Program-made: the position numbers and the translations under genes | Shown: one piece after another, positions 30,946-39,872 of the stretch | How the letters are laid out: each line of letters opens with the position of its first letter | How positions within the stretch are numbered: position 1 is the first letter of the stretch | The notes under the pieces: model-generated | What the model was told of the DNA's origin: nothing | The model's database searches: none | The model's input: the letters and a program-made list of their open reading frames with translations, nothing else | DNA from: Bacteroidales bacterium | GTDB taxonomy: Bacteria > Bacteroidota > Bacteroidia > Bacteroidales > UBA10428 | Length of the DNA stretch: 64,000 bases | Direction of reading: 5' to 3' | NCBI GenBank assembly: GCA_041737175.1 | Contig: JBGSSF010000012.1 | Location: forward strand, 19-64,018

Positions 30946-31854
30946 ATGCGAAGAACAACTATCATATTGTTTTGCCTTTTGCTGTCTGTCATCCTTGATG
31001 CCCAGGAGAAAGCCCTCCTCTACAGCCATTACAGCTTTAACGGGCTGGCTATTAACCCGGCATATGCCGGTAGCAGGGAGATGCTCAGCATCAGCCTTTC
31101 TCACCGAAGCCAATGGATGGGCTTTGAGGGTGCTCCTTCTTATAATATCGCCGGCCTTCACACTCCCTTTAAAAACACAAAGATGGGACTGGGATTGCTG
31201 GTAATGAATGAAAGCATCGGGCTGCGCAAGTATACGGGCATTTATGTAAATTATGCGCACCGGTTGACGCTGGGGAACGGAAAGCTTTCCCTGGGACTGA
31301 AAGGCGGCATTTCCACCGGAAAATTTGAGCTGATCGATCTGGGTGGAGATGATGTCGTTTTCAGTGAGAAGTCGAGCAGTTACCTGCTGCCGAATTTTGG
31401 CATGGGGATGTATTATTACACCCGAAAGTTCTATGCAGGCCTGTCAGTGCCGCTAATCCTGGGTTATGAAACCAATGAGACGGGCGATGTCACAGCCTAT
31501 CACGATTTCAATAAATATGCGTATTACCTTACGGCAGGAATTACATTTGACCTTGCTGATAACTGGCAGTTGCAGCCTTCGGGCCTGGTGGAATATGATA
31601 AGGCAGGCGGGGTCATTGCCGACGGCGGTTTAAGCTTGTTATACAAGGATGCCCTTCGTGTTGGCGCATCCTACCGCAGCAAACAGGCAATAGTAATGTT
31701 GCTTGACTACAAAATAAACTATCAGCTGCGGGTGGGCATTGCCTATGATTACGGATTGAACGACCTGAATGCCTATAACCGGAGCTCCTTTGAGATTGCC
31801 CTGGAGTATAATTTCGGATATCAGATCAGAGCAGCAAACCCGACGATATTTTAA
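30946..31854 (+). CDS. PorP/SprF family type IX secretion system membrane protein
   Basis: The N-terminal YSHYSFNGLAINPAYAG motif and ~300-aa beta-barrel-like sequence ending in F match the family. The start directly abuts the cargo gene stop (TAAATG). Confidence 0.85.
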   Translation: MRRTTIILFCLLLSVILDAQEKALLYSHYSFNGLAINPAYAGSREMLSISLSHRSQWMGFEGAPSYNIAGLHTPFKNTKMGLGLLVMNESIGLRKYTGIYVNYAHRLTLGNGKLSLGLKGGISTGKFELIDLGGDDVVFSEKSSSYLLPNFGMGMYYYTRKFYAGLSVPLILGYETNETGDVTAYHDFNKYAYYLTAGITFDLADNWQLQPSGLVEYDKAGGVIADGGLSLLYKDALRVGASYRSKQAIVMLLDYKINYQLRVGIAYDYGLNDLNAYNRSSFEIALEYNFGYQIRAANPTIF

Positions 31855-31860
31855 ACAACG

Positions 31861-33294
31861 ATGTGTTCCAATAAAAAAATATTTTTATCCGTATTCCTGA
31901 TTCTTTATGCCTGCCCCGGGCTTTTTTCCCAGGATCACTTTGAGGTGAAACGCCTGCCATTAAACACATCGGCCAGGGAGATGGCACCGGCATTTTACCG
32001 GAACGGAATCGTGTTTTGCTCCGACAGGAAAAATGAAGTGCTTACCAGTTATATCGACCTGAACTATAATATGTTCACCAACCTTTATGTGGCGGAACAG
32101 AAGAAACCCGGCAAGTTTGATCATCCCAGGCTGATGTCCAGGGAGCTCACCACTTTTTTATATGAAGGTCCGTGTACATTCAGTAAAGACGGGAAAACCA
32201 TTTATTTCACCCGTTCAATCAATGTATCGATGAGTTCCAGGAACAAGAACCGGGCAGATACAACCTTCGGGATATTCAGTGCCACCTGGTCGGGTGGTGA
32301 TTGGGTAAATCTTACCCAGTTCAGGTTCAACAGACCCGAATACAATACGGGTTACCCCTGCCTTTCTGATGACGGCACCCTGCTGTTCTTTTGCTCGGAT
32401 GCCCCGGGCGGTTTTGGAGGAATGGACATTTATGTTTCGAGTCTGGAAAACGGGCGGTGGGCAGCACCCGAAAATCTGGGACCGGCCATCAATACTTCTA
32501 AAAACGAGGTCTTTCCTTTTCTGCATTCCAGCGGAAGACTATATTTTTCATCCAGGGGTTTGACACAGAAAGGTGACCTGGATATATTCTATACCGTAAA
32601 AATTGACGGTGTATGGCAAAAACCCGTGTCTATGTCAGAACCATTCAATTCAAACCACGACGATTATGGGCTGATTCTTAATGCAGCCGCAGATACAGGC
32701 TATTTTGTTTCGGACCGCTCAGGTTCAGCGGATATTCTTTCAGCCTATTCAACAGTTCCCACTTTCACACATTGTCCCGATCAGCAGGAAAATGATTATT
32801 GTTTCGTATTTTATGAGCCCAACAACAACGAGGTGGATACAACAACCTTTGCCTATGAATGGGACCTGGGTGACGGAACTATAATCAGAGCGCTTGAAGC
32901 AGAGCATTGTTTTGCCAGGCCCGACACCTATCAGGTAAAGCTAAATATCATTGACAAGCTTACCAGGGAATTAATGGCCAACCAGGCAGATTATACCTTT
33001 GTAGTGTCAAAAATCGAGCAGGCTTATATCCAGAGCCCGGAGACAGTGGCACAGGGACAGGAGATAACCGTGAACGGACACGAGACCTATCTGAAGGATT
33101 TTACCATTGATCAATACTATTGGGATTTTGGTGACGGATTCCGGGCCTCCGGATCCGATGCGAAGCACCTTTATGTTTTCCCCGGTACTTATCATCTCAC
33201 ACTGGGGGTAACCGATAAAAAGGATGACAAAAATGAACCTGAACGCGCAAGCTGCATAACCCGCAAAATTATTGTGGTTAACCCGCAAAAGTAA
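31861..33294 (+). CDS. Secreted PD40 (TolB-like beta-propeller repeat) + 2x PKD domain protein
   Basis: Propeller-repeat-like segments (FCSDR, YFTRS, FFCSD, YFSSRG, YFVSDRSG). Two PKD signatures, WDLGDGT and WDFGDGF...GTYHLTLGVTD. Confidence 0.6.
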   Translation: MCSNKKIFLSVFLILYACPGLFSQDHFEVKRLPLNTSAREMAPAFYRNGIVFCSDRKNEVLTSYIDLNYNMFTNLYVAEQKKPGKFDHPRLMSRELTTFLYEGPCTFSKDGKTIYFTRSINVSMSSRNKNRADTTFGIFSATWSGGDWVNLTQFRFNRPEYNTGYPCLSDDGTLLFFCSDAPGGFGGMDIYVSSLENGRWAAPENLGPAINTSKNEVFPFLHSSGRLYFSSRGLTQKGDLDIFYTVKIDGVWQKPVSMSEPFNSNHDDYGLILNAAADTGYFVSDRSGSADILSAYSTVPTFTHCPDQQENDYCFVFYEPNNNEVDTTTFAYEWDLGDGTIIRALEAEHCFARPDTYQVKLNIIDKLTRELMANQADYTFVVSKIEQAYIQSPETVAQGQEITVNGHETYLKDFTIDQYYWDFGDGFRASGSDAKHLYVFPGTYHLTLGVTDKKDDKNEPERASCITRKIIVVNPQK

Positions 33295-33386
33295 TTGCCC
33301 TTTGAGGATTCATGTATAAAATGAATCTATTCCCGTTTTTTATCGTATAGCAAGTAAACAACAACCGAACGTCTGAATTATATCCT

Positions 33387-34358
33387 ATGAAGTACTTCTC
33401 ATTTCTAATATCAGTCCTGTTCATTACTGCCGGTTTACAAGCCCAGCCTGTACCAGCAGGAGATGAAAATATTCCTTATCTCATGACTTTTGGCCCGAAA
33501 GCAGGAACATCCTGGGGCGATGATGATTTCTCGCAGACTTTCTTTTTTCTTGTACCCAAAGGTTTTTCACAATCGGTTTATATAAGGGTGTATGATCCTG
33601 ATATCAGCGGCGCAACGGATGAGCTGAACGGAGTCTTTGATACAAAGATGACGTATTCGGTATATGGGGGCAAAGAAAGTTATTCGCACAAAGACGCAAT
33701 GGAAACATCACCCAAAGGCAACTACAAGAGCGGGAACCTGCTTGCCTCGAAAACATTCGGAAACCAGATCGATTTTGATAACAAGTGGTATACTTTCGGA
33801 CCTTTCAATCCATCAGAAGGTGAATTTGTACAAAGATTCGACGGCTATGTATTTAAAGTGATCTGTGACGGCGCGGCTGGAGATGATGGCAACCTATACA
33901 GGTATTTCCTTTCGACCAAGATGGATGAGAACAAAGCCATAGAGGGAGCCAATGCCTTTGCATATGAATATTCGTTTCGTATGCATGACAATGCTGCAGA
34001 AGTATCGCACATCTACCCGCTGGTTGACGACAGGACCATCTCGGTGAAACTCTCCAATTTTGACTGGGATTCTGACGGAATGATACGCTGTGTATCTGTT
34101 GCCCGCAAGGGCCAGCTCTGCCCGGTATCCGGAGAAGATGTATGGACCGAGAAAGAATTCACCATCTTTGATGAAGAAAAAAACACTTCCCTCGATATTC
34201 AGTTTATCAAGCGAAAAACACCACCTGTCAAAAACAACAACGTGGTTGTTAATGTCCGCAACCAGTATGGAGAGTTATTGCCCTTCTACGTTATTCCAAT
34301 CGGCGGTGTTCCCAAGTATAAGGCTGGCATTGATGTCAGACCCATGACGAAGAAATAA
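33387..34358 (+). CDS. Secreted hypothetical protein (323 aa), no family recognised
   Basis: Signal peptide ending LQAQ. Long ORF co-directional with the flanking genes. No motif I can name. Confidence 0.5.
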   Translation: MKYFSFLISVLFITAGLQAQPVPAGDENIPYLMTFGPKAGTSWGDDDFSQTFFFLVPKGFSQSVYIRVYDPDISGATDELNGVFDTKMTYSVYGGKESYSHKDAMETSPKGNYKSGNLLASKTFGNQIDFDNKWYTFGPFNPSEGEFVQRFDGYVFKVICDGAAGDDGNLYRYFLSTKMDENKAIEGANAFAYEYSFRMHDNAAEVSHIYPLVDDRTISVKLSNFDWDSDGMIRCVSVARKGQLCPVSGEDVWTEKEFTIFDEEKNTSLDIQFIKRKTPPVKNNNVVVNVRNQYGELLPFYVIPIGGVPKYKAGIDVRPMTKK

Positions 34359-34367
34359 TTTTTACCT

Positions 34368-37300
34368 ATGCGCAAGGTTTTTTGTTCAGTTCTAGCGGCT
34401 ATAGCCCTTTTCTTTTCCCTGCCAGGCACATCCCAGGAATACAGGATAAGCCATTTCGGATTAACCGAAGGCATCTCGCATCAATACGTATATACAGTCA
34501 GCCAGGATAACCACGGGTATATCTGGATAGGAACCGGACAGGGATTATGCCGTTTCAACGGAACTGCATTTGACACGGATATCTTACAGGACTCGCTGGG
34601 TACCGAGGTGGCCCAGTCAAGCATCAAAGACAGCCGGGGAGTCCTCTGGTTTGGCTACCAGAGCGGGGATATCGCCAAATATGACGGATCTTCATTCTCC
34701 ACCGTAAAGCCAGGAGTAGAAATTACAAGCGCTGTTACCGGTTTTGCAGCAATGGAAGATGGAGACCTTATTGTATCCACACAGAACAACGGACTCTTCA
34801 GTTTGAATACACAAACAGGAGCAGCGAAACCCGTTTCCGGCATTGACAAGGGTTTGTTTACAGCTTTGTCCGTAAAAGGCAAAATGCTTTTGCTGGGTTC
34901 CATGGAAGGATTAACCGTTTACTCGATCGACGGGACAGGCACCAGTGCTAAGGTTCTTTTGAAGATTTCAGAGCTTGATTTTATCAAAATACAGGATATT
35001 CAGCCTTCTTATGCTGAGAATACATTCTGGATAGCAACCGAGGAAGACGGGATCTTCCGGCTAACATGGCATGGAGATACCTATGATCTCACCAAAACAG
35101 CCACTGAATCCAGGTTAGGTTCGGCAAAAGTGCAGTCAGTGCTTGAGGATTCTGATAAGCATTTATGGATCAGTACATTATTAGGTGGATTATACCGGTT
35201 GGGCTTGCCTGACAAGAACGGGAATTTTACTTCGGTAACTTTATATAATAAGCAGAACGGACTTTCTGAAAATGCGGTAAAGAAGGTGTTTGAAGATATC
35301 GAAGGTAATATCTGGATTGCTACCTATGGAGGCGGTTTGAATTTATTTACCGGACAGGCATTTTCTTTTTTGCAGCAGGATGTGAATGGGCTGGACAATG
35401 ACATCCAGTCCGTTGTTATCACCGATGAAGGCATAATGTACCTGGGAGGACCCGGTGGATTATTCCGCGGTAAAAAGGGTGCTGACAGATCCGTTACCAG
35501 AATTGCCGGCGTTCCGGCAGACAGGATTATTGTATTGCATATCGAAGGGAACAAGCTTTACATAGGCACTGAGAAAAACGGTTTATTTCTGATGGATGTC
35601 AGGAGTGGTGCTGTCCGCAAAATTGCCTATGAAGCCGGATCCCTCGGCAATCAGGTAAGCGCTATCGCCACCAGTGACCGGTATGTTTACCTGGGCACCA
35701 GGGACGGGATCTACAAATTCGGTAAGGATCTGCGTGAAGCTATACATTTTACCACCACCAGCGGATTGCCGCATAACAGTATTGAACAGATCTATTTTGA
35801 CAGCAAAGGCAGACTTTTGATAGCAACCCGCGCCAATGGCATTTTCCAGCTGACAGAGGATGACAGCATCAAAAATCTTTACCCGTCGGGAAATACCGAA
35901 ATTGAGTTTAAATCTGTAATTGAAGATGATCAGGGAGGCATATGGGCTGCAACCTATGGTGACGGAATTGTTTATTTCAAGGATGATTCTGTATACCAGT
36001 TCACTGTTTCCTCGGGTTTGAAAGCAAATTATTGTTACAGCCTGGCAAAAGGATCTGATCAGAGCATCTGGATCGGGCACAGGCTCGGATTGAGCAGGAT
36101 CAACACAACGACCATGAAAATCAGCGTTTTTGATAAGAACATGGATATTACCGGTGACTGCAATCCGAATGCTTCGTTTGTTGATAAAACAGGGGTCCTG
36201 TATTTTGGTACCACCGAAGGTCTTGTTACCTATGATCCTTCCCTGGAAAATGCGAAAAAGCAGCCACCATTCACCAACATTGTGAACCTTCTGATTTCTG
36301 ACAAGCCTTATGATTTCACGAAAGAAATAGTCCTTCCATACCGTCCCTATAAACTGAGAATTGACTTCATCGGTCTGAATTATAGTGATCCGCAGTCGGT
36401 TCGCTACCAGTACAAGCTCGAAGGGAACGATCTGGAATGGTCCGATGTCACAGCCCAAACCTATGTTACCTATCCGAGGATCGAGGATGGGGAATATATT
36501 TTCTACCTGAGGTCTTTTAATAACGAAGGTCTCAGCCAGGAAACACCGGTAATCGTTAAAATCAGGATAAAACCGCCATTCTGGAAAACCTGGTGGTTCA
36601 TGGCTTTATCAATTCTTGCCCTTGTGTCAGCTGTATACCTGATCATCAAAATACGGGAACGCAAGCAAAAACAATTGCAGGAATACCTGGAACGGGAACT
36701 TACCCTGCGAACCAAGGAGGTCGTGGAGCAGAAGGAGGTCATCGAAATAAAAAACCGGGATATTACCGACAGTATTAATTATGCAAAACGCATACAAACC
36801 AGTATGCTGCCACCCATCAGGAGGCTCCAGCAACACTTTTCAGGATGTTTTGTTTTCTACAGCCCCAGGGACATTGTGAGTGGTGACTTTTACTGGTTCG
36901 ACCAGGTAAACAACAGTAAGTTCACCATTGTTTGTGCGGATTCAACAGGACACGGGGTACCGGGAGCCTTTATGTCAATGATCGGTTCAACACTGATCAA
37001 GGATATTTGCACACGTGAAGCCGGTAATTCTCCTTCACAGGTTTTACAGGTTCTGGATAATGAATTGAGAAATACACTCAATCAGAATCTCGAAGATGGT
37101 ACCAAGCCGGGTGACGGAATGGATATCATTGTTTGTGAAATTGATCTCAAAACACATTATGTCAGATATGCCTCAGCCATGCGACCCATGATTATTTACC
37201 GCAACGGTGAGGAATACTTTGTGAAGGGAAGCCGGAATTCAGTGGGGGGACATTATGACCGGGAAGAGAACCTTTTTGAAGATGAAGGTCTTCAATTAAG

Positions 37301-37520
37301 CAAAGGCGACATCATCTATATGTTCTCCGACGGTTATTCAGATCAGTTCGGAGGCCCCATGGGTAAAAAATTTAAAATGGTGAGACTGAAGAACCTCCTC
37401 CAGGATATTCACCTGAAACCCATGGAAGAACAGTACACGCACGTGAAAAACACCTTCAACCTGTGGAAAGAGAACTATGACCAGGTAGATGACGTGCTGT
37501 TCATGGGAATTAAGATCTGA
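34368..37520 (+). CDS. Two-component-regulator propeller / Y_Y_Y sensor fused through one TM to a PP2C/SpoIIE-type phosphatase
   Basis: Repeated ...W(I/F)(G/A)T..GL... propeller blades and a Y_Y_Y region (YQYKLEGNDLEWSD...EYIFYLRS). A TM segment (WWFMALSILALVSAVYLII) and a coiled coil follow, then SpoIIE motifs SGDFYWF, DSTGHGVPGAFMS and SDGYSDQ. Confidence 0.8.
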   Translation: MRKVFCSVLAAIALFFSLPGTSQEYRISHFGLTEGISHQYVYTVSQDNHGYIWIGTGQGLCRFNGTAFDTDILQDSLGTEVAQSSIKDSRGVLWFGYQSGDIAKYDGSSFSTVKPGVEITSAVTGFAAMEDGDLIVSTQNNGLFSLNTQTGAAKPVSGIDKGLFTALSVKGKMLLLGSMEGLTVYSIDGTGTSAKVLLKISELDFIKIQDIQPSYAENTFWIATEEDGIFRLTWHGDTYDLTKTATESRLGSAKVQSVLEDSDKHLWISTLLGGLYRLGLPDKNGNFTSVTLYNKQNGLSENAVKKVFEDIEGNIWIATYGGGLNLFTGQAFSFLQQDVNGLDNDIQSVVITDEGIMYLGGPGGLFRGKKGADRSVTRIAGVPADRIIVLHIEGNKLYIGTEKNGLFLMDVRSGAVRKIAYEAGSLGNQVSAIATSDRYVYLGTRDGIYKFGKDLREAIHFTTTSGLPHNSIEQIYFDSKGRLLIATRANGIFQLTEDDSIKNLYPSGNTEIEFKSVIEDDQGGIWAATYGDGIVYFKDDSVYQFTVSSGLKANYCYSLAKGSDQSIWIGHRLGLSRINTTTMKISVFDKNMDITGDCNPNASFVDKTGVLYFGTTEGLVTYDPSLENAKKQPPFTNIVNLLISDKPYDFTKEIVLPYRPYKLRIDFIGLNYSDPQSVRYQYKLEGNDLEWSDVTAQTYVTYPRIEDGEYIFYLRSFNNEGLSQETPVIVKIRIKPPFWKTWWFMALSILALVSAVYLIIKIRERKQKQLQEYLERELTLRTKEVVEQKEVIEIKNRDITDSINYAKRIQTSMLPPIRRLQQHFSGCFVFYSPRDIVSGDFYWFDQVNNSKFTIVCADSTGHGVPGAFMSMIGSTLIKDICTREAGNSPSQVLQVLDNELRNTLNQNLEDGTKPGDGMDIIVCEIDLKTHYVRYASAMRPMIIYRNGEEYFVKGSRNSVGGHYDREENLFEDEGLQLSKGDIIYMFSDGYSDQFGGPMGKKFKMVRLKNLLQDIHLKPMEEQYTHVKNTFNLWKENYDQVDDVLFMGIKI

Positions 37521-38387
37521 TTATTTAAAGGCATTCATTTTCAGCATGGCGATTTCTTTCTCCGAAAGAAACCGCCATTCTCCCCGGCGAAGGTTTTTCT
37601 TGGTTAATCCTGCAAAATAAACCCTGTCGAGTTTGGCAATTTCATACCCCAGGTTTTCAAAGATCCTGCGTACAATATGATTCCGTCCTGAATGGATCTC
37701 AATGCCAACCTGTTTTTTATCTACCGGATCAGCATAGCTGATGGAATCAGCTTTAATAAAACCATCCTCCAGGGTAATGCCGGATGCTACCCTATCCATG
37801 TCTCCCTGTTTCAGATTTCTATTCAGGTATACATGATAGATTTTTAACTTTTCAAATCTCGGATGCGTCAGTCTTTTGGTAATTTCACCGTCATTTGTAA
37901 GCAGCAAAACACCCGTGGTATTGCGGTCAAGCCGTCCCACCGGATAGACCCTTTCTTTGCAGGCGCCTCTCACAAGCTCAAGAACGGTTTTTTTTGCATG
38001 CGGATCTTCAACGGTAGTAACATAATCTTTAGGCTTGTTCATCAGAATGTAAACCTTTTTTTCTTCGCGCAATGTTTCCCCGTTGTATTTCACCTGGTCC
38101 GTTGAACTGACCTTAACACCCAGCTCAGTGACCAGTTTTCCATTCACGGTGATAAGCCCGGCCTGAATAAATTCATCGGCTTCACGCCTGGAGCAGATAC
38201 CTGTGCTGGCAATGTATTTGTTCAAACGGATGAACTCACTTTCATGACCCGTTTTGGGCATTTCTTTGAACTGTCTTTTCGTTCGGGGCACTTTCCGTTC
38301 TGTTTTTATCGGTGCTTTTCCTTTCGCAGGAGCGCTTCTTTTTTGGGATGCAGCTCCCGATTTTCTGGAACCTCTGGCTATGACCAT
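37521..38387 (-). CDS. rluB: rRNA pseudouridine synthase (RsuA/RluB family) with a basic N-terminal extension
   Basis: S4 domain (RLNKYIASTGICSRREADEFI) and catalytic motif GRLDRNTTGVLLLTNDG. The stop codon directly abuts the stop of the convergent upstream gene. Confidence 0.85.
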   Translation of the reverse strand: MVIARGSRKSGAASQKRSAPAKGKAPIKTERKVPRTKRQFKEMPKTGHESEFIRLNKYIASTGICSRREADEFIQAGLITVNGKLVTELGVKVSSTDQVKYNGETLREEKKVYILMNKPKDYVTTVEDPHAKKTVLELVRGACKERVYPVGRLDRNTTGVLLLTNDGEITKRLTHPRFEKLKIYHVYLNRNLKQGDMDRVASGITLEDGFIKADSISYADPVDKKQVGIEIHSGRNHIVRRIFENLGYEIAKLDRVYFAGLTKKNLRRGEWRFLSEKEIAMLKMNAFK

Positions 38388-38410
38388 AGTTGAAGTACAA
38401 TTTAAATACG

Positions 38411-38418
38411 TAATTTTG
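38411..38418 (+). promoter_or_regulatory. Bacteroidota -7 promoter box (TAATTTTG) for glmM
   Basis: Exact TAnnTTTG match 62 nt upstream of the glmM ATG. Confidence 0.45.
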
Positions 38419-38479
38419 CAGTTCTAAAAGTACTAAAATCGAACTGCTTTATATAGTTAAAATTCCTAAAAAACCACTT

Positions 38480-39868
38480 ATGACATTAATTAAATCGATA
38501 TCCGGGATTCGCGGAACCATTGGAGGCCTGCCCGGAGAATCACTTACCCCGCTTGACATTGTGCGGTTTACTTCTGCCTACGGCACCCAAATCAAACAGA
38601 AGCGTGAAAAGGCAGCTTACAGGGTTGTTATTGGTCGGGATGCAAGGATATCAGGAGAGATGGTTTCCATGCTGGTTGCCGGAACTTTAATGGGAATGGG
38701 TATCCACGTAATTGACCTGGGATTTGCCACAACGCCTACCGTTGAAATAGGTGTCACCTACCACAAGGCGGATGGAGGTATCATTCTTACGGCAAGTCAT
38801 AATCCGGGCCAATGGAACGCGCTGAAACTACTGGGTGAAAGTGGTGAATTTATTTCTGCGTCAGAGGGAGCCGAGTTGCTGGCCATTGCTGCCAGGGACA
38901 ATACAGAATACGCCCAGGCGACTGAACTCGGAAAACTTAGTCGTTTTGACAAGATGGATGCCCTGCACGTTGAAAAGGTAGCTGAAATGAAATATGTAGA
39001 TGTCGCAGCTATCGGAAAGGCCGGATTTAAAGTGGTCATTGATTGTGTCAACTCCGTTGGGGGAATTATTCTACCGACCTTGCTCAAAAAGCTCGGCGTG
39101 CATGAGATTGTCGAGTTGTATTGCACTCCTTCCGGAATCTTTCCCCATAATCCCGAGCCTCTTCCGCAATATCTTGGCGATATTTCAGGTGAAGTGGTTA
39201 AACACAAGGCAGATCTCGGCTTTGTGGTCGATCCCGATGTGGATCGGCTTGTGGTTGTGAATGAGGACGGTTCCATGTTTGGTGAGGAATACACATTGGT
39301 GGCCGTAGCGGATTATATTCTCAGTCAGCATGCCGGTAATACGGTATCCAATCTGTCATCCACCATGGCGCTCCGTGACATTACCCAAAAATACGGCGGT
39401 TCATATACAGCAGCTCCCGTAGGAGAAGTCAATGTCGTTACTGAAATGAAGAAAACCAATGCAGTCATTGGCGGAGAAGGTAACGGAGGCATTATTTACC
39501 CGGGTTTGCATTATGGCCGGGATGCCCTGGTCGGCATTGCTCTTTTCCTGACCCACCTGGCCAAATCGGGGAAGAAATGTTCCGAATTGCGGAAAACCTA
39601 TCCGGATTATTTCAACTCCAAAAATAAGATCGAGCTCCGGCCCGACGTTGATGTTGATCGGCTGATTCTCACAGTGCGTGAGAATTACAGGAATTACCCG
39701 GTGAATGATCGCGACGGTATCAGGATTGATTTTGACAGGGAATGGGTGCATTTGCGCAAATCCAATACCGAACCTATCATCAGGATTATCAGTGAAAGCA
39801 CATCGCCTGAAAAGGCGGAAGCTCTCGCATCAAAAATGATCCGCGAAATTCATGAAATAGTTGGATAA
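38480..39868 (+). CDS. glmM: Phosphoglucosamine mutase
   Basis: Phosphohexomutase active-site loop TASHNPGQWNALK and metal loop DPDVDR. Length is 462 aa. Confidence 0.88.
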   Translation: MTLIKSISGIRGTIGGLPGESLTPLDIVRFTSAYGTQIKQKREKAAYRVVIGRDARISGEMVSMLVAGTLMGMGIHVIDLGFATTPTVEIGVTYHKADGGIILTASHNPGQWNALKLLGESGEFISASEGAELLAIAARDNTEYAQATELGKLSRFDKMDALHVEKVAEMKYVDVAAIGKAGFKVVIDCVNSVGGIILPTLLKKLGVHEIVELYCTPSGIFPHNPEPLPQYLGDISGEVVKHKADLGFVVDPDVDRLVVVNEDGSMFGEEYTLVAVADYILSQHAGNTVSNLSSTMALRDITQKYGGSYTAAPVGEVNVVTEMKKTNAVIGGEGNGGIIYPGLHYGRDALVGIALFLTHLAKSGKKCSELRKTYPDYFNSKNKIELRPDVDVDRLILTVRENYRNYPVNDRDGIRIDFDREWVHLRKSNTEPIIRIISESTSPEKAEALASKMIREIHEIVG

Positions 39869-39872
39869 ATTT

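Noticed and set aside
35583-36458. 291-aa minus-strand ORF inside the propeller-SpoIIE gene
   Set aside because: The plus frame has clear propeller, Y_Y_Y and SpoIIE motifs across the whole region. The antisense product has none.
38797-39294. 165-aa minus-strand ORF inside glmM
   Set aside because: It is antisense to a highly conserved housekeeping gene.
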